Assembly: GCA_963716255.1 (NCBI GenBank)
Contig: OY970303.1
Location: 2,816,001 to 2,880,000, forward strand
Direction: 5' to 3'
Length of the DNA stretch: 64,000 nucleotides
DNA from: an uncultured Gemmatimonadales bacterium
Lineage (GTDB): Bacteria; Gemmatimonadota; Gemmatimonadetes; Longimicrobiales; Longimicrobiaceae
The notes beneath the pieces were generated by a model. That model worked only from the letters and a program-made list of their open reading frames with translations, was not told where the DNA came from and did no database searches. The position numbers and the translations under genes are program-made. Positions within the stretch are counted from its first letter, which is position 1; every line of letters starts with the position of its first letter. Shown here piece after piece: positions 1 through 11,022 of this stretch.

Positions 1-947
1 CGCGCATACTTGCTCGGCGCTTTCTTCAAGATTCGGGAAATCGAAATGAACTCACAGAGCCAGTATCCTTGCGAGGCCATGGCCCAATAGAAGATCGCGC
101 GCGCCGTGCGCCCGTTTCCATCGACGAACGGGTGATCGTACGCGAGCCAGAAATGAAGCGCGATCGCACGCACCACCGGGTGAATGAAGCCGAGGCTATC
201 GTTTTGGCCATTGGCGAAGTCGCACAGCGCTTGCAAACGATTTCCTAACTCGTCGGCACGCGGTGGCATGTGTAGTATGTTGTTCACCTCGTCCATCACG
301 CAGATTTCCTCATCCGCTCTGCGCAAACGACCCGCTGCGCTCGGGTCTTCAAGAGTTCCCTCCGTGAGGATCCGCTGGAATTCAAACACCATGCTGGGCG
401 TGAGCGGGGTCTTCCCCATCCGTCGGATGAATGCCAACGCTTGATAGTTGTTGTAGATCATCCGCTCATCCAGCGTTCGCGGCGCTCGGCCCTGCCGAAT
501 CATGTCTTTCGCTACTTCTCGTGTCGTAGACGCTCCTTCCAGCTGGCTCGAAGTAATTGCCTCCTCCATCAAACCTTTCAGCAGGTATATGTTGCGAGTC
601 TCCGGGTCGGTTACCTGTTCATGAGCTTGAATTTGTCCGCTTGCATCGCGGTCGATCTGCATCAGCATCTGCTGTACGATGTCGATGGGCGCAAACCGGA
701 ACGGCTTCCCTTCCTTATCCCGTATGGGAAGGTGCGCGTATGCAGGCTCGCGAGCCAGCTTCAGTCCGAGCCACCACTCCTCGGAGCTGATGCCTTCTGG
801 AGGTGGGATATGGCGGAGAGTGTCCCAATGGCGGTATTTCCCATCTGGCGCGGCGCCACGGGCCACCATCATCAGTTCGATGAACCGCTCCGGCTTGATG
901 GTTCCAATCAGCTCGGGAAGCTGTGGCGGCGAGACGGGGATTTTCAT
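1..947 (-). CDS. Fic-domain protein (AMPylase family), runs off the window start
   Basis: Manual translation from ATG at 947 (AGGAGG upstream): MKIPVSPP...TSSQLEG...HPFVDGNGRTAR. This has the canonical Fic motif and an (S/T)xxxEG inhibitory helix. Absent from the ORF track because it has no stop in the window. Confidence 0.9.
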   Translation of the reverse strand, partial: MKIPVSPPQLPELIGTIKPERFIELMMVARGAAPDGKYRHWDTLRHIPPPEGISSEEWWLGLKLAREPAYAHLPIRDKEGKPFRFAPIDIVQQMLMQIDRDASGQIQAHEQVTDPETRNIYLLKGLMEEAITSSQLEGASTTREVAKDMIRQGRAPRTLDERMIYNNYQALAFIRRMGKTPLTPSMVFEFQRILTEGTLEDPSAAGRLRRADEEICVMDEVNNILHMPPRADELGNRLQALCDFANGQNDSLGFIHPVVRAIALHFWLAYDHPFVDGNGRTARAIFYWAMASQGYWLCEFISISRILKKAPSKYA

Positions 948-1266
948 GATCCTCCTGCGTCGGCAGTAGATACTATCAAGATATTATCAGTCCGACCGAA
1001 AATTAACAATAGAGCAGAGTCGTTTGGGTACTGGGCTGAATCCCAAGCTTCTCGCTTCGTCATTATCAACACTCGGGACAACTGATAACAAACTGATAAT
1101 AGTCGCCCTGGCAAAACTGCGGGTCGTAACCTCAAGCGTGGCATCACCCCGAAAACGAACCGGCCCCGCGCCTCGGGTGAGGTGCGGGGCCGGCTGTATC
1201 CGGAGCGGCGGAGTGCAAGCCGGCATCCGCGAGCGGCAGGACATCGAGGTCGGGCAGGAACCCGCA

Positions 1267-1392
1267 TGAGGGATTACGGCCCGAAGGGGCGAGACCCGGC
1301 GGCTGTTTGCCGGGGCTCGACTCCGTTGGGCTGCGTTGTTTGCAGCCCTACGGAGCCGAAGCCCGACCCCGGCGCCAGCCGGGGGCACGCCC
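1267..1392 (+). repeat. Structured intergenic repeat family A, copy 1
   Basis: TGAGGGATTACGGCCCGAAGGGGCGAGACC...GGAGCCGAAGCCCGACCCCGGCGCCAGCCGGGGGCACGCCC; six copies in the window. Confidence 0.9.
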
Positions 1393-1407
1393 AACCCAGC
1401 AGTCAAA

Positions 1408-2808
1408 TCAGTCCGCCGCCACCGCCGTCTGCGACTCCTCGTCGCCGTGCACGAATGCGCGCGCCTCCTCGATGGTGTCCGCCACGGTCGCCGCGGCCTC
1501 GCGCACCTGCTCCACGGTGTGCGTCGCCATCACCTGCATGCGGAAGCGCGACCCCTTGAGCGGCACCGCCGGGAACTCCACCAGGTTGGCGAACACGTGC
1601 CGCCCGGCGAGCATGCGCCCGGCGATGCGCGCCGTGGGCGTGTCGCCGATGGGCACCGGGACCACCGCGGACGGCACCCCCAGGCAGTGGATCCCGCGGT
1701 CCGCAAGCAGCCCGCGCAGCGTGCGCACGTTGAGCATCAGCCGCTCGCGCAGCGCGTCGCCCTCCTCCGAGCGGACGATGTCCAGCGCCTCGCGGACCAC
1801 GGTGGCCTGCACCGGCGAGATGGCGTTGGAGAAGATGTGCGGCCCGCCGAACACCCGCACGTACTGCCGCACCGCGGGAGAGCGGGTGGCCAGGTAGCCG
1901 CCGTTGGAGGCGAAGGTCTTGGAGAACGCCCCCATCACCAGGTCCACCTTGCCCAGCATCTCCTGCGCGCCGATGCTACCGGTGCCGCGCGGCCCCAGGG
2001 CGCCGAAGTCGTGGGCCATGTCCACCAGCAGCGTCGCCCCCCACTCGCGGCAGATCTCCTGGAGCTCCTCGATGGCCGGCACGTCCGAGTCCATGGAGAA
2101 GAGCCCTTCGGTGATGACCAGGACGCCGTTGTCCGCGTCGCGCGAGCGGATCTTCATCAGCTTCTCGCGCACCTCGTCGTTCCGGAGGTGGCGGAAGCGG
2201 TGCACGTTGCGGGTGGCGGCGGCCGCCCCGGACTGGAGGCAGGCGTGCGAGAGCACGTCCATCAGCACGTGGTCCGCGGGGCGCACCAGCCCGGTGATGG
2301 TCCCGAAGCCCGCCCCCCAACCGCTGGAGAAGAGGGCGACGTGCGTGGCGTCCAGCGCCTCGGCGATCGCCGCCTCCAGCCGCAGCGAGGGGGCGGTGTT
2401 CCCCACGAACATCCCCGAGCCCGCGCTGTGCGGCCCGTACTCGCGGATGGCGCGGTGCGCCGCCTCGGCGATCGCCGGGTGCGAGGAAAGCCCCAGGTAG
2501 TCCTGCGAGGAGAAGTTGAGGCCGGCCGCCGCCGTCCCGGACTCGTTCCGCACCACGCACTCGGCGGTGGGAGCGTAGTCCAGGCTGCGCGAGTACGGCC
2601 ACAGCCCCATCTCGCGGCGCGCGTCCTGCCACTCGAAGAACGCCTCCGTCCGCTTCAGGAGATCCGGTCCGGTCGGCTGCGCGTATGTACCGACGTGGTG
2701 GGTGAACAGCTCGGTCGCCAGCAGGTCGCGATCGTCCACGGGGTCCTCCTCCGGGGGGGCGTGTAGGGTGCGGCGGGGAACGGCAGGAGTGGCGCTTGGA
2801 TGGGGCAA
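1408..2808 (-). CDS. PLP-dependent alpha-oxoamine synthase family enzyme (BioF/serine palmitoyltransferase/KBL-like)
   Basis: NFSSQDYLGL, SHACL, EGLFSMDSD, DMAHDFG and GAFSKTFASNGG (PLP lysine). The true start may be further downstream. Confidence 0.85.
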   Translation of the reverse strand: MPHPSATPAVPRRTLHAPPEEDPVDDRDLLATELFTHHVGTYAQPTGPDLLKRTEAFFEWQDARREMGLWPYSRSLDYAPTAECVVRNESGTAAAGLNFSSQDYLGLSSHPAIAEAAHRAIREYGPHSAGSGMFVGNTAPSLRLEAAIAEALDATHVALFSSGWGAGFGTITGLVRPADHVLMDVLSHACLQSGAAAATRNVHRFRHLRNDEVREKLMKIRSRDADNGVLVITEGLFSMDSDVPAIEELQEICREWGATLLVDMAHDFGALGPRGTGSIGAQEMLGKVDLVMGAFSKTFASNGGYLATRSPAVRQYVRVFGGPHIFSNAISPVQATVVREALDIVRSEEGDALRERLMLNVRTLRGLLADRGIHCLGVPSAVVPVPIGDTPTARIAGRMLAGRHVFANLVEFPAVPLKGSRFRMQVMATHTVEQVREAAATVADTIEEARAFVHGDEESQTAVAAD

Positions 2809-3048
2809 GGTTCGGGACTAAATATCTCCTGACTGAAATTATATGGTTGGAAAACTGCGCGTCAATTCACCGCACTGAAATGATCATAATGTGGGTCGTG
2901 GACGCTGTCCAGGGTGCCGTGCGGCGGAGTGGACGCGGTCCACTCCGCTCCCCCTGGCCTCCGTCGGCGACGGACGGGCGAACGAAAGCGCCCGCGGGAG
3001 ACTTTCGTCCCCCGCGGGCGCCCCCTTGCTGCGGTCCGGTATCCCGTC

Positions 3049-3738
3049 CTAGTTGGCCCCGTCCAGCTCCTTGCCGGTGAGCAGGGCGTAGGGGTTCAGC
3101 GGAGTCCCCTTCCACCACTGCCGCGCATCGTTCAGCAGCGACACGGAAAAGTGCAGGTGGAAGTCGCCCGGCTGGGCGTTGCCCGTGTCGCCCACGTACC
3201 CGATCACGTCGCCGCGCCTGACCCGCTGCCCCTCGGCCAGGCCGTCGGCGTAGCGCTCCAGGTGCGCGTAGTAGTACCGGGTGCGCCCGTCCTCGTCCAG
3301 GTGGTAGATGGAGTTTCCGCCCAGCGCCCCCTGGTGCAGCCGGACGATGCGGCCGGCGGCGACGGCCACTACCGGGGTGCCCTTGGGCGCGTGGATGTCG
3401 ATGGCCTCGTGCGTGCGCCCGCCGGAGCGCCCCTCCTGGAACGAGTCGCGCAGGCTGGAGACGCGGACCCCCTGCACGGGGATCGCCATGCCGGTGAGGC
3501 GGGACAGGTACTCCAGCCGCGGCGTGCCCAGCAGGCGGCCCACCAGGCTGGGGCGGTCGCGCTCGGCCGGGCGCGACTGCGCGGCGAGCGGCGCGACCCC
3601 GCAGAGCAGCGCCAGCGCGCCGCAGAGCACGGCGGAGCGGGCGGCGATGCGCGGAGCCCGGCGGGGGGAAGCTTCGGTCTGGGCGGGGAGGAAACGAACG
3701 GAGACGGACGCGCGGAGCGTGCGGAGGTCTGAGTGCAT
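3049..3738 (-). CDS. M23 family metallopeptidase
   Basis: HEAIDI, YYYAHL and HLHF motifs; signal-like hydrophobic stretch; start placed at MHSDL. Confidence 0.85.
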   Translation of the reverse strand: MHSDLRTLRASVSVRFLPAQTEASPRRAPRIAARSAVLCGALALLCGVAPLAAQSRPAERDRPSLVGRLLGTPRLEYLSRLTGMAIPVQGVRVSSLRDSFQEGRSGGRTHEAIDIHAPKGTPVVAVAAGRIVRLHQGALGGNSIYHLDEDGRTRYYYAHLERYADGLAEGQRVRRGDVIGYVGDTGNAQPGDFHLHFSVSLLNDARQWWKGTPLNPYALLTGKELDGAN

Positions 3739-3954
3739 TTCTTCGGGAGCTTTGATCGGCCCGACTGGCGTGGCGGCGCTCGATGGCGCGCGCGGTAGCC
3801 TCGGAGCTTTGCGTCCCCGCCTTTCGACGGGTTTGCCGTTCGCGGATGGCCCGGCGAGGGTGCCGGTATGGGAGTGTGGCTGAGAGGCTACCAGGATACT
3901 TCGTGGACGGGGCGGGCGCAAGCACCTGCAAACAAGTTGCAGCGCCGCAACGCC

Positions 3955-4731
3955 TTAGCTGGGCGGCTCGGCGTCTCCCGCGGGGTCCTGGCGGTAGAAC
4001 GACGCCAGCTCGGCGTACAGCTCGGGGTGTTTGCGGAGGAGCGCGAGGGGCTTCTCGAAGAAGGCTTCCGTGGCCACGGCGAAGAACTCGGCGGGGTCCG
4101 TGGCCCCGTAGTCGTCCAGCACGGAGCGCCGGCCCGCGGCCGCGTCGCGGCGCAGCTCCAGGTACTCGGCGGCGAAGACCCGCGCCCAGGCCCGGTACGC
4201 CGACGCGCCCTCCAGCTCGGGAACGCCGTCCACCCCGCCGCCCTCCAGGTCCAGCTGGTGGGCGAACTCGTGGAACACCACGTTGTGCCCGTCGCGCAGG
4301 TCGCGCGCCCCGGCCCGCACGTCGCCCCAGGAGAGCACCACGGCGCCGCTGCTCCACGACTCCCCCAGCCGCGCCTCCGGTCCCTCGGTGACCACGCCGC
4401 CGTCGGCGGAGCGGTGCTCGGCCACGTAGGCGGCGGGATACACCACCACGGAGCGCATGCGGGGGTAGTAGTCGGTGTCGCGGTGCAGGAGGAGCACGCA
4501 GGCCTGCGCGGCGACGGTCACGCGCACCTCGTCCGTCATCTCCAGCCCGCCCGCGCCCTCGAAGCTCTTTTCCTCCACGAACACCCGGACGTGCCCCTCC
4601 AGCTCGCGGCGGTCCTCCGCCGGGAGCCGCCCGTACAGCGGGAAGCCGCGCTCCAGGATCGCCCGCCACTCCGCGGGAAAGGGCTCGGCCCGCAGCCGCT
4701 CGCGCCGCCGGTCCCTGAGGAAGCCGAACAC
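3955..4731 (-). CDS. M90 (MtfA-like) zinc peptidase
   Basis: NVVFHEFAHQLD and YGATDPAEFFAVATEAFF motifs. Confidence 0.9.
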   Translation of the reverse strand: MFGFLRDRRRERLRAEPFPAEWRAILERGFPLYGRLPAEDRRELEGHVRVFVEEKSFEGAGGLEMTDEVRVTVAAQACVLLLHRDTDYYPRMRSVVVYPAAYVAEHRSADGGVVTEGPEARLGESWSSGAVVLSWGDVRAGARDLRDGHNVVFHEFAHQLDLEGGGVDGVPELEGASAYRAWARVFAAEYLELRRDAAAGRRSVLDDYGATDPAEFFAVATEAFFEKPLALLRKHPELYAELASFYRQDPAGDAEPPS

Positions 4732-4735
4732 GGGC

Positions 4736-6049
4736 CTACCTCGTGAGCCGGTAGATGAGCAGCGCCGCGCGCCTGGTCTGCGCGGGGAGCGTGGCCAGGT
4801 CCATGGTCTCGTCCACGGTGTGGGAGCCGGAGCCGTACACGCCCATCCCGGCGAGCGCCGCGCCCACGTACGGCGCCACGAACGACACGTCGGCGGCGCC
4901 GCGGCGGCCGGGGTCGAACGCTTCCATCTGCGGGAGGCCGAGGTCGCGGTTGACGGTGTTGAGGACCGCGAGGAGCGCGGTGTTGCCCGGGGTGGGCGGC
5001 ATGGAGGGGTACCCCTCGGAAAAGGTGATCTCCGCGGAGGTCTGAGGCAGGTGCCGCGCGACGATGGCGCGCATCCGCTCGCGGGTGCGCCGGAGCTGCT
5101 CGTCGGTGAGGGTGCGGATGTCGCCGGTGGCCACGGCGCGCGCGGCGATCACGTTGTCCTTGCCGGCCGCCGTGCCGCGCGTTCCCTCGGCGTCGGCGTC
5201 GGCCGTGGTGCCGCCCACGATCATGCCGGGGCTGAAGGTCAGGTACGGCTCGCCGCGCAGCTCCTCGTGGAAGGCGGCCAGGATGCGCGCCGCCTCGTAG
5301 ATGGCGCCGCTCCCCGCCCCCGGCTGGAAGATCCCGGAGGAGTGCCCCGGCCGCCCCGTCACCTCCAGCCTCCACCCGGTGGAGGAGCGCCGGGCGGTGA
5401 CGGCGAAGTCGCGGTCGTCGCCGCGGGAGGCGCCCTCGAACTCCAGCGCCACGTCGCTGCGCCTGCCGGCCTCCACCAGGTCGCGCCGGGCCAGCTCCAG
5501 CGGGTTCCCGGGGCTTTCCTCGTCGCCGGTGAGCGCCACCACGATCCGCGTCCCCTCCAGCGCCCCGGCGGCGTGCAGCGCCCGGAGCGCCTCCAGGATG
5601 ACAACGTCGCCCCCCTTCATGTCGGACACGCCGGGGCCGCGGGCGGTGTCGCCCTGGCGGGTGAAGCGCTGGAAGGGGGAGTCCTCCTCGAATACCGTGT
5701 CCAGGTGGCCGATGAGGAGGACCCGCTTGCCGCGGCTCCCCCGCCGCTCGGCGAACAGGTGCCCGGCGCGCCCCATGGAGTCGGGCATTGCCACCCAGCG
5801 CGTCTCGAAGCCCATGGCCTCCAGCTCGCGCCGCGCGATGTCGCCCACGCGGCGCACGCCGGCGGGGTTCTGGGTGCCGCTGTTGACGTTCACCATCCGC
5901 TCCAGCAGCGCGACCGCGCTGTCGGCGCGGGCGTCCACGTGCGCGGCGATGCGCTGCTCCTGCGGCGACAGGCGCTGGGCGGCCGCGGGAGCGGCCAGGG
6001 CGGCCGCCACCAGCAGGGCGGCGGGGAGGAGCAGGGCAGAGCGGGTCAT
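4736..6049 (-). CDS. Secreted M20 family peptidase (glutamate carboxypeptidase-like)
   Basis: Signal peptide; GHLDTV, DMKGG, GDEE and GSHT motifs. Confidence 0.88.
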   Translation of the reverse strand: MTRSALLLPAALLVAAALAAPAAAQRLSPQEQRIAAHVDARADSAVALLERMVNVNSGTQNPAGVRRVGDIARRELEAMGFETRWVAMPDSMGRAGHLFAERRGSRGKRVLLIGHLDTVFEEDSPFQRFTRQGDTARGPGVSDMKGGDVVILEALRALHAAGALEGTRIVVALTGDEESPGNPLELARRDLVEAGRRSDVALEFEGASRGDDRDFAVTARRSSTGWRLEVTGRPGHSSGIFQPGAGSGAIYEAARILAAFHEELRGEPYLTFSPGMIVGGTTADADAEGTRGTAAGKDNVIAARAVATGDIRTLTDEQLRRTRERMRAIVARHLPQTSAEITFSEGYPSMPPTPGNTALLAVLNTVNRDLGLPQMEAFDPGRRGAADVSFVAPYVGAALAGMGVYGSGSHTVDETMDLATLPAQTRRAALLIYRLTR

Positions 6050-6094
6050 GGGCGTTTCCCGGGAGCGGCGGACGGCGGGGGTGCGCCCCCCAAT

Positions 6095-7855
6095 CTAGCC
6101 GCGCCGCGCCCCCGCGGAAGCCGCCCGCCCGCGCCGATGCTTGGGTGCGTCCGCGGGTGGCGGGGGCGGCACGTGCGGGGCGGCCGGGGCGGGCGCTTCC
6201 CCGGTGCGCAGCCCGCCCACCAGCTCGCGCAGCGCGCCGGCGCTCTCCAGCAGCCGCCCGGTGGCCTCGCTCACCTGCCCGCAGGCACCTTCCTGCTGCA
6301 CCGTGGCGGCCTGCACCCCCTCGGCGGCCTCGGCGTGGGCCTCGGCGGTGCGGGCCACCGCGGCCTCGCTCACCCCGGCGGCGGCCAGGCGGGTGCGCTC
6401 CGCCGCGGCCGCGATCCCCGAGAGCGCTTCCTCCATGGCGTGCGCCACCCGCTCGATCTCGTCCACCTGCCCGGCCCCGGCGGCCATGGCGCGGGTGGCG
6501 CTCGCCACCCGCGCGGTCACCGCCTGGGTGATGCGGGTGACGCTTTCCGCGCCGTCGCGGGCCTCGCCCGCCAGCTTGCGGACCTCCTCGGCCACCACGG
6601 CGAAGCCGCGCCCGTGCTCGCCGGAGCGGGCCGCCTCGATGGCGGCGTTGAGCCCAAGAAGGTTGGTCTGCTCGGCGATGCGGTTCACCATGTCCACGAA
6701 CGAGGTGATGTCCGCCACCGAGGCGTGCAGCGCCGTGGTCTCGGCGGCGGCGGCCTGCACCGAGCCCTTGACCAGGAGGAGCACGTCCAGGGTGCGCGCG
6801 GTCTCGTCGCGCCGGGCCTGGGCCGTTGCCTCGATGGAGGCGGCGAGCTCCGTCACCTCGCGCACCTCAGCGGCGACGCGCTCGGCCTGGCGCAGCATGG
6901 CCGCCAGCGCCTCGTCCACCCGGCGCAGCTCGGCCACCTGCCCCGCCGCGCCCTGCGACACCCCGGCGATGGAGCGGGCCACCTCGCCCACGGCCTCCGC
7001 CAGCCCGGCGGCCACGCCCTGCAGCTCGCGCGCGGAGGCGGCGATCCCGTCCGCGGCGCCCGCCGTCCCCGCCCCGATGCGGCCCAGCGACTCGCTGGTG
7101 CGGTTCATGGCCGTGGCCAGGATCCCCAGCTCGCTGGGGAGGCGGCCGCCGGTGCGGGCGGTGAGGTCGCCCTCGCTGAGCCGCCCGGCGTGGCCGGCCA
7201 GAGCCTCCAGCGGCGCGGAGATGGAGCGCACCACCACCGCCACCACCGCCCCGGCGATCCCCAGCGCGCACAGGAGCAGGGTCACCAGCAGCGTGGCGCG
7301 GCGCAGCGTCTCGTCCTCCAGGCGGGCCGCGGTCTCGGCCACGCGCTGCCCCTTGACCTGCGCCAGCCGCTCCAGGTCGCCCAGCATGGCGGCCTCGGTG
7401 GCGCGGGCGCTGTCGGTCTGCGCGCGCGACTCGGCCAGCCGCCCCAGCTCCCCCAGCCGCCGCGCCATGACGTAGCGCACCTCGGCGTCGGAGAGCGCCT
7501 GGTCGATTCCCACCACCAGCGCCACCTCCTCGCGGGTCTGCCCGGGGCGGCGGCGGAGGACGCGGTGGGTGCGGTGCGTCTGCCAGCGCAGCGAGTCGAA
7601 GCTGGCGGCGGCGCCCGGGTCTGTCTGCTCGATGTAGCGGGCCGCCACGGCGATCTCCCGCGCCACGTCGGTGGCGAGGCGGGTGGAAAGGCGGGCGTCC
7701 TGCTCCACCCCGCCCAGCGCCTCGCGGATGGTGCCGGAGGTGGCCGTCATGGAGCGCCACCCCAGCACGCCCGCCGCCAGGAGCAGCGCCACCAGGACTC
7801 CGAACCCCATGAACAGGCGGGTGCGGATGCTGTAGTGCCGGATCACCTCGCTCAT
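6095..7855 (-). CDS. Methyl-accepting chemotaxis protein
   Basis: Starts MSEVIRHYS; two TM helices, HAMP, and [37 protein letters not shown] signature. Confidence 0.92.
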   Translation of the reverse strand: MSEVIRHYSIRTRLFMGFGVLVALLLAAGVLGWRSMTATSGTIREALGGVEQDARLSTRLATDVAREIAVAARYIEQTDPGAAASFDSLRWQTHRTHRVLRRRPGQTREEVALVVGIDQALSDAEVRYVMARRLGELGRLAESRAQTDSARATEAAMLGDLERLAQVKGQRVAETAARLEDETLRRATLLVTLLLCALGIAGAVVAVVVRSISAPLEALAGHAGRLSEGDLTARTGGRLPSELGILATAMNRTSESLGRIGAGTAGAADGIAASARELQGVAAGLAEAVGEVARSIAGVSQGAAGQVAELRRVDEALAAMLRQAERVAAEVREVTELAASIEATAQARRDETARTLDVLLLVKGSVQAAAAETTALHASVADITSFVDMVNRIAEQTNLLGLNAAIEAARSGEHGRGFAVVAEEVRKLAGEARDGAESVTRITQAVTARVASATRAMAAGAGQVDEIERVAHAMEEALSGIAAAAERTRLAAAGVSEAAVARTAEAHAEAAEGVQAATVQQEGACGQVSEATGRLLESAGALRELVGGLRTGEAPAPAAPHVPPPPPADAPKHRRGRAASAGARRG

Positions 7856-8928
7856 CGGGCACCTCCCACGGGGCGGAGGGTGCCGCCGCGCGCCTGGGTC
7901 ATCACGAAGCGGGCCGTTTCGGGGTCGCCGTTGGCGGCGAAGCGGATGTCGCCGGTGACGCCGGCGTAGGCATCGTCGCCACGGACGCGGGCCAGGTAGT
8001 CGCGCACGGCGCCGCGGTCTGCGCCCACCTCGCGCACCGCCTTCACCAGCAGGCGGGTGGCGTCGTAGGCCATGGCGGCGTTGGCGTCGGGCTCCTCGCC
8101 GTAGCGGGCGCGGAAGGCGGCCACGAAGCGGCGCGCCTCGGGGCGAGGGTCGTGGATGCTGAAGGGGACGGCGATGTACGCCCCCTGGGCGGCCGTGTCG
8201 GACGCGATCCCCGTCCACCCGTCGCCACTCAGCCAGCGCGGGCGGAAGCCCTGCCGCTGTGCCTCGCGGAGCAGCGCGCGCCCGGAGCCCTCGGTTCCGG
8301 CGACGAAGATCAGGTCCGGGGCGACGCGGGCGTAGTAGGAGACGAAGGGCTCGACCTTGCTCCCGTCGCCGGCGATGGGGTCCACCCCCACCAGCACGCC
8401 CTTGTAGGCGGCGCGGAAGGCCTGGGCCAGGTCGCGCCCGTACACGTTGTTCTCGTAGAGCACGGCGGCGCGGCGCGTCCCCAGCTGCGCCGCGAAGCGC
8501 GCGAGCATGGCGCCGTTGACGGAGTCGTTGGTGGTGACGCGGAACACCCAGGGCGAGATGCCGGTGATCTCGGGCGAGGTGGCGCTGGGGGCGATGGCGA
8601 CCAGCCCGTGGTCGTAGAGCGGGGCCGCGCCCACCATGCCGCCGGAGTTGGCGTGGCCCACCACGCCCACCACGCGCGGGTCGTCCAGGAACTCCTGGGC
8701 GATGGCCGCGGCGCGCACGCCGTCGCCGCCGTCGTCGCGGGCGACGACCTGCACGGCGAGGCCGCCCTTCGCGCTCTCCTCCGCGGCCGCCATCTCGACG
8801 GCGCGCCGGACCATCCGTGCGTAGCCTTCCTGCCAGGGACCCGCCGTCCCGATGGCGACGGTGCCCTGTGTGCGCCCGCAGCCGGACGCCGCGACGCACA
8901 GGGACACCGCGATCAAGAGACCGCGCAT
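7852..8928 (-). CDS. LivJ/K-like ABC substrate-binding lipoprotein
   Basis: Starts MRGLLIAV with lipobox [20 protein letters not shown] and AYDA motifs; GAGGAG RBS; overlaps the MCP start by 4 bp. Confidence 0.85.
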   Translation of the reverse strand: MRGLLIAVSLCVAASGCGRTQGTVAIGTAGPWQEGYARMVRRAVEMAAAEESAKGGLAVQVVARDDGGDGVRAAAIAQEFLDDPRVVGVVGHANSGGMVGAAPLYDHGLVAIAPSATSPEITGISPWVFRVTTNDSVNGAMLARFAAQLGTRRAAVLYENNVYGRDLAQAFRAAYKGVLVGVDPIAGDGSKVEPFVSYYARVAPDLIFVAGTEGSGRALLREAQRQGFRPRWLSGDGWTGIASDTAAQGAYIAVPFSIHDPRPEARRFVAAFRARYGEEPDANAAMAYDATRLLVKAVREVGADRGAVRDYLARVRGDDAYAGVTGDIRFAANGDPETARFVMTQARGGTLRPVGGAR

Positions 8929-9314
8929 GGACTCCTCGCTAACCTGTGGGGTGAACCGAAGGGAGTGGGCTGCGAATGTCCGCGGGCCGCACGGGGGACG
9001 AGCACTACCTCCGCGCGGAAACGGCGGAGCCATGCCAGCGCCTGTCCCGATGTGCCCGGTCGGCGGGGAACGCCGCGGGCGGGACGCAACCAGCCGGCTG
9101 GGCGGCGGAGGGCTGCCCGGAATCGCACCGGCGGGGACAGGATGGATGGAAACGGTGAAAATAAGTCGGATTCCGTGCTGCGTCAAATCCGCCACGAAAT
9201 TCACTCGCGCGGACCGCGCCCGGATGATGGAACGCGGGGGCCCCGCCCGTGGTACGCTGTGGGCTGCACGTGTGCTTTCCCCGCGATCCAGGAACCCGCA
9301 GTCCCGGGTGGTCG

Positions 9315-9701
9315 ATGAGGTGGTACGCACTGTTCGCCGTGTCCTCGCTCGCGGTGCTCTCCGCGGTGCTGATCCTGGCCGACGCCGTGTCCGTCGCCGC
9401 CCGCGGCTGGCTGCGCCGACGGAAGCGCCGGCGCGGCACCTACGGCGTGGTGCTGGACGGCCCCGGCAACGTCCTGGGGATCTACCTGGACCCCTTCGCG
9501 GAGCACCTGCAGGGCGCCCGCGTGCACACCGGCGACTCGCCCTGGACCCCCCCCGGCCCCGACCCCTGGAGCGGCTGGGCGTGGGAGGGCTTCGGCGAAA
9601 CGGTGGACGAGGCCCGCGCCGAGGCGAACCGGTTGCGCCGCCGCTATTTGCAGCTGCTCCCCTGGCTGGACGGCGCGGAGGAGGAGCCGGCGGATTTCTA
9701 G
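9315..9701 (+). CDS. Hypothetical membrane-anchored protein
   Basis: MRWYALFAV... N-terminal TM helix; GC3-rich codon usage. Confidence 0.6.
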   Translation: MRWYALFAVSSLAVLSAVLILADAVSVAARGWLRRRKRRRGTYGVVLDGPGNVLGIYLDPFAEHLQGARVHTGDSPWTPPGPDPWSGWAWEGFGETVDEARAEANRLRRRYLQLLPWLDGAEEEPADF

Positions 9702-9740
9702 GGGAGAGGGAACAGGGGACAGGGGACAGCCTGCGACGGC

Positions 9741-9806
9741 CCCCACCCGGCTCGCTTGAGGCTCGCACGGCTTTCCCCCTATATCCCCCAATTCTGGGAG
9801 AGGGCT
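9741..9806. repeat. REP-like palindrome family B
   Basis: CCC(C/T)CACCCGGCTCGCTTGAGGCTCGC...CCCAATTCTGGGAGAGGG; related copies at ~11930-11985, ~13390-13476 and ~57588-57643. Confidence 0.7.
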
Positions 9807-9996
9807 TCCTGTCGTTCGTAGTTCTCGTCGTACCCGTAAAAAAGATGTGCGGAGGGAGACTCACGCGGCCGTTTGCGTGAGGCTCCCTCCGGCGAGGGGA
9901 GACACCGGGGCTGTTTCCGGTGGCTCCCGGAGCCCGCGGAGGAGACGGGCGGCAGTATCGTCCGGCTCCGTAGCGGCCCGCCTCAGCGCAATGAAC

Positions 9997-10257
9997 TCAC
10001 GTCTCCAGCCCCCGGGGCGACGTAGCGGAATGGTCGGCGACGTCGGAAGCCCCCTGGTGGCGCGCACAGTGGGCGCAGCAGTAGAAGGTGCCGTTGGCCT
10101 CCACGCCGTGCCCGATCACCTTGCACCCGCAGTGGGCGCACACCGGCGCCAGCTTGTGGATGGCGCACTCGAAGCTGTCGAACACGTGCCGGTTCCCCGC
10201 GGCGACCACCTCGAACGACAGGTAGTAGTCGTTGCCGCACACTTCACACTTTGCCAT
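9997..10257 (-). CDS. Small Cys-rich metal-binding protein (prokaryotic metallothionein-like)
   Basis: CEVCGND...FDSFECAIH...CAHCGC...YCCAHCA. Confidence 0.8.
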   Translation of the reverse strand: MAKCEVCGNDYYLSFEVVAAGNRHVFDSFECAIHKLAPVCAHCGCKVIGHGVEANGTFYCCAHCARHQGASDVADHSATSPRGLET

Positions 10258-10332
10258 CTCGGCCTCCGTCGCGCGTGTGGACCCACCTCCCGGACGAGCG
10301 GGGAGTCCCGCCGCACGCGCCGGGCCAGCCGC

Positions 10333-10770
10333 TCAGCGGCCCGCGGGCAGGGTGGCGTCCGGGAGCCCCCAGATGGCGGGGGAGGCCAGCTCCACCACGT
10401 TGCCGGCGGGATCGCGCAGGTACAGCGAGGCGCCGCCGCGCGGCCAGCGCACCTCGGACTCCACGGGCACGCCCAGCTCCGCCAGCCGCTCGCGCCAGGC
10501 GTCCAGCTCCGCTGCGGGGACGGCGAAGGCCACGTGCCCCGGCCCCGCGGCGCCGTGCACCGGGACCGGCCGGCCGCCCACGTACGTGGGCTCGGCCGAG
10601 GTGCGGCGCGGATCGAAGACCAGGAACACGCCGGCACCGCAGCGAAAGAACACGTGGCGCCCCTCGGCGCGGGCGAGGACCTCCAGCCCGAGGGCGGAGG
10701 TATAGAACGCCTCGGCCGCCGCGAGATCGGTGGCATACAGGCACGTTTCTAGCACGCCGCCGACGGTCAT
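10333..10770 (-). CDS. VOC/glyoxalase family protein
   Basis: VLETCLYATDL, GHVAF and LYLRDPAGNVVEL. Confidence 0.85.
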   Translation of the reverse strand: MTVGGVLETCLYATDLAAAEAFYTSALGLEVLARAEGRHVFFRCGAGVFLVFDPRRTSAEPTYVGGRPVPVHGAAGPGHVAFAVPAAELDAWRERLAELGVPVESEVRWPRGGASLYLRDPAGNVVELASPAIWGLPDATLPAGR

Positions 10771-11022
10771 TCCGGTCCGGGGGTGGGGTTCGCGGCGGGG
10801 CGGCAGCCCCGGCGGGGACGGGGGCGGCACGATCCGGACCACGGGGCCGGGTGCGCCGGCGGGCGGTCCGGCACGGAATGTGAGTGTGCGAGCGGTCGTC
10901 TCGCACGGGATCCCGGCGGACTCCCCGGCAAGAAACCAGTCAAAGTCTGTGGAGCTTCCCGCGGCGACAACCGCGGCCGGGAGGCGTGGACGTGTCGCGA
11001 GTCATCACTGAACAAAGCCGCA

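Noticed and set aside
8940..9200. Possible c-di-GMP-II-like riboswitch upstream of the binding protein/MCP operon (GGGCAC...GTAGTGC on the minus strand)
   Set aside because: Only two short motifs match from memory; the full structure cannot be supported without an Rfam scan
9707..9730. GGGAACA/GGGGACA heptamer runs (also 11843-11860)
   Set aside because: Only 2-3 units next to REP-like elements; too short to assign a function
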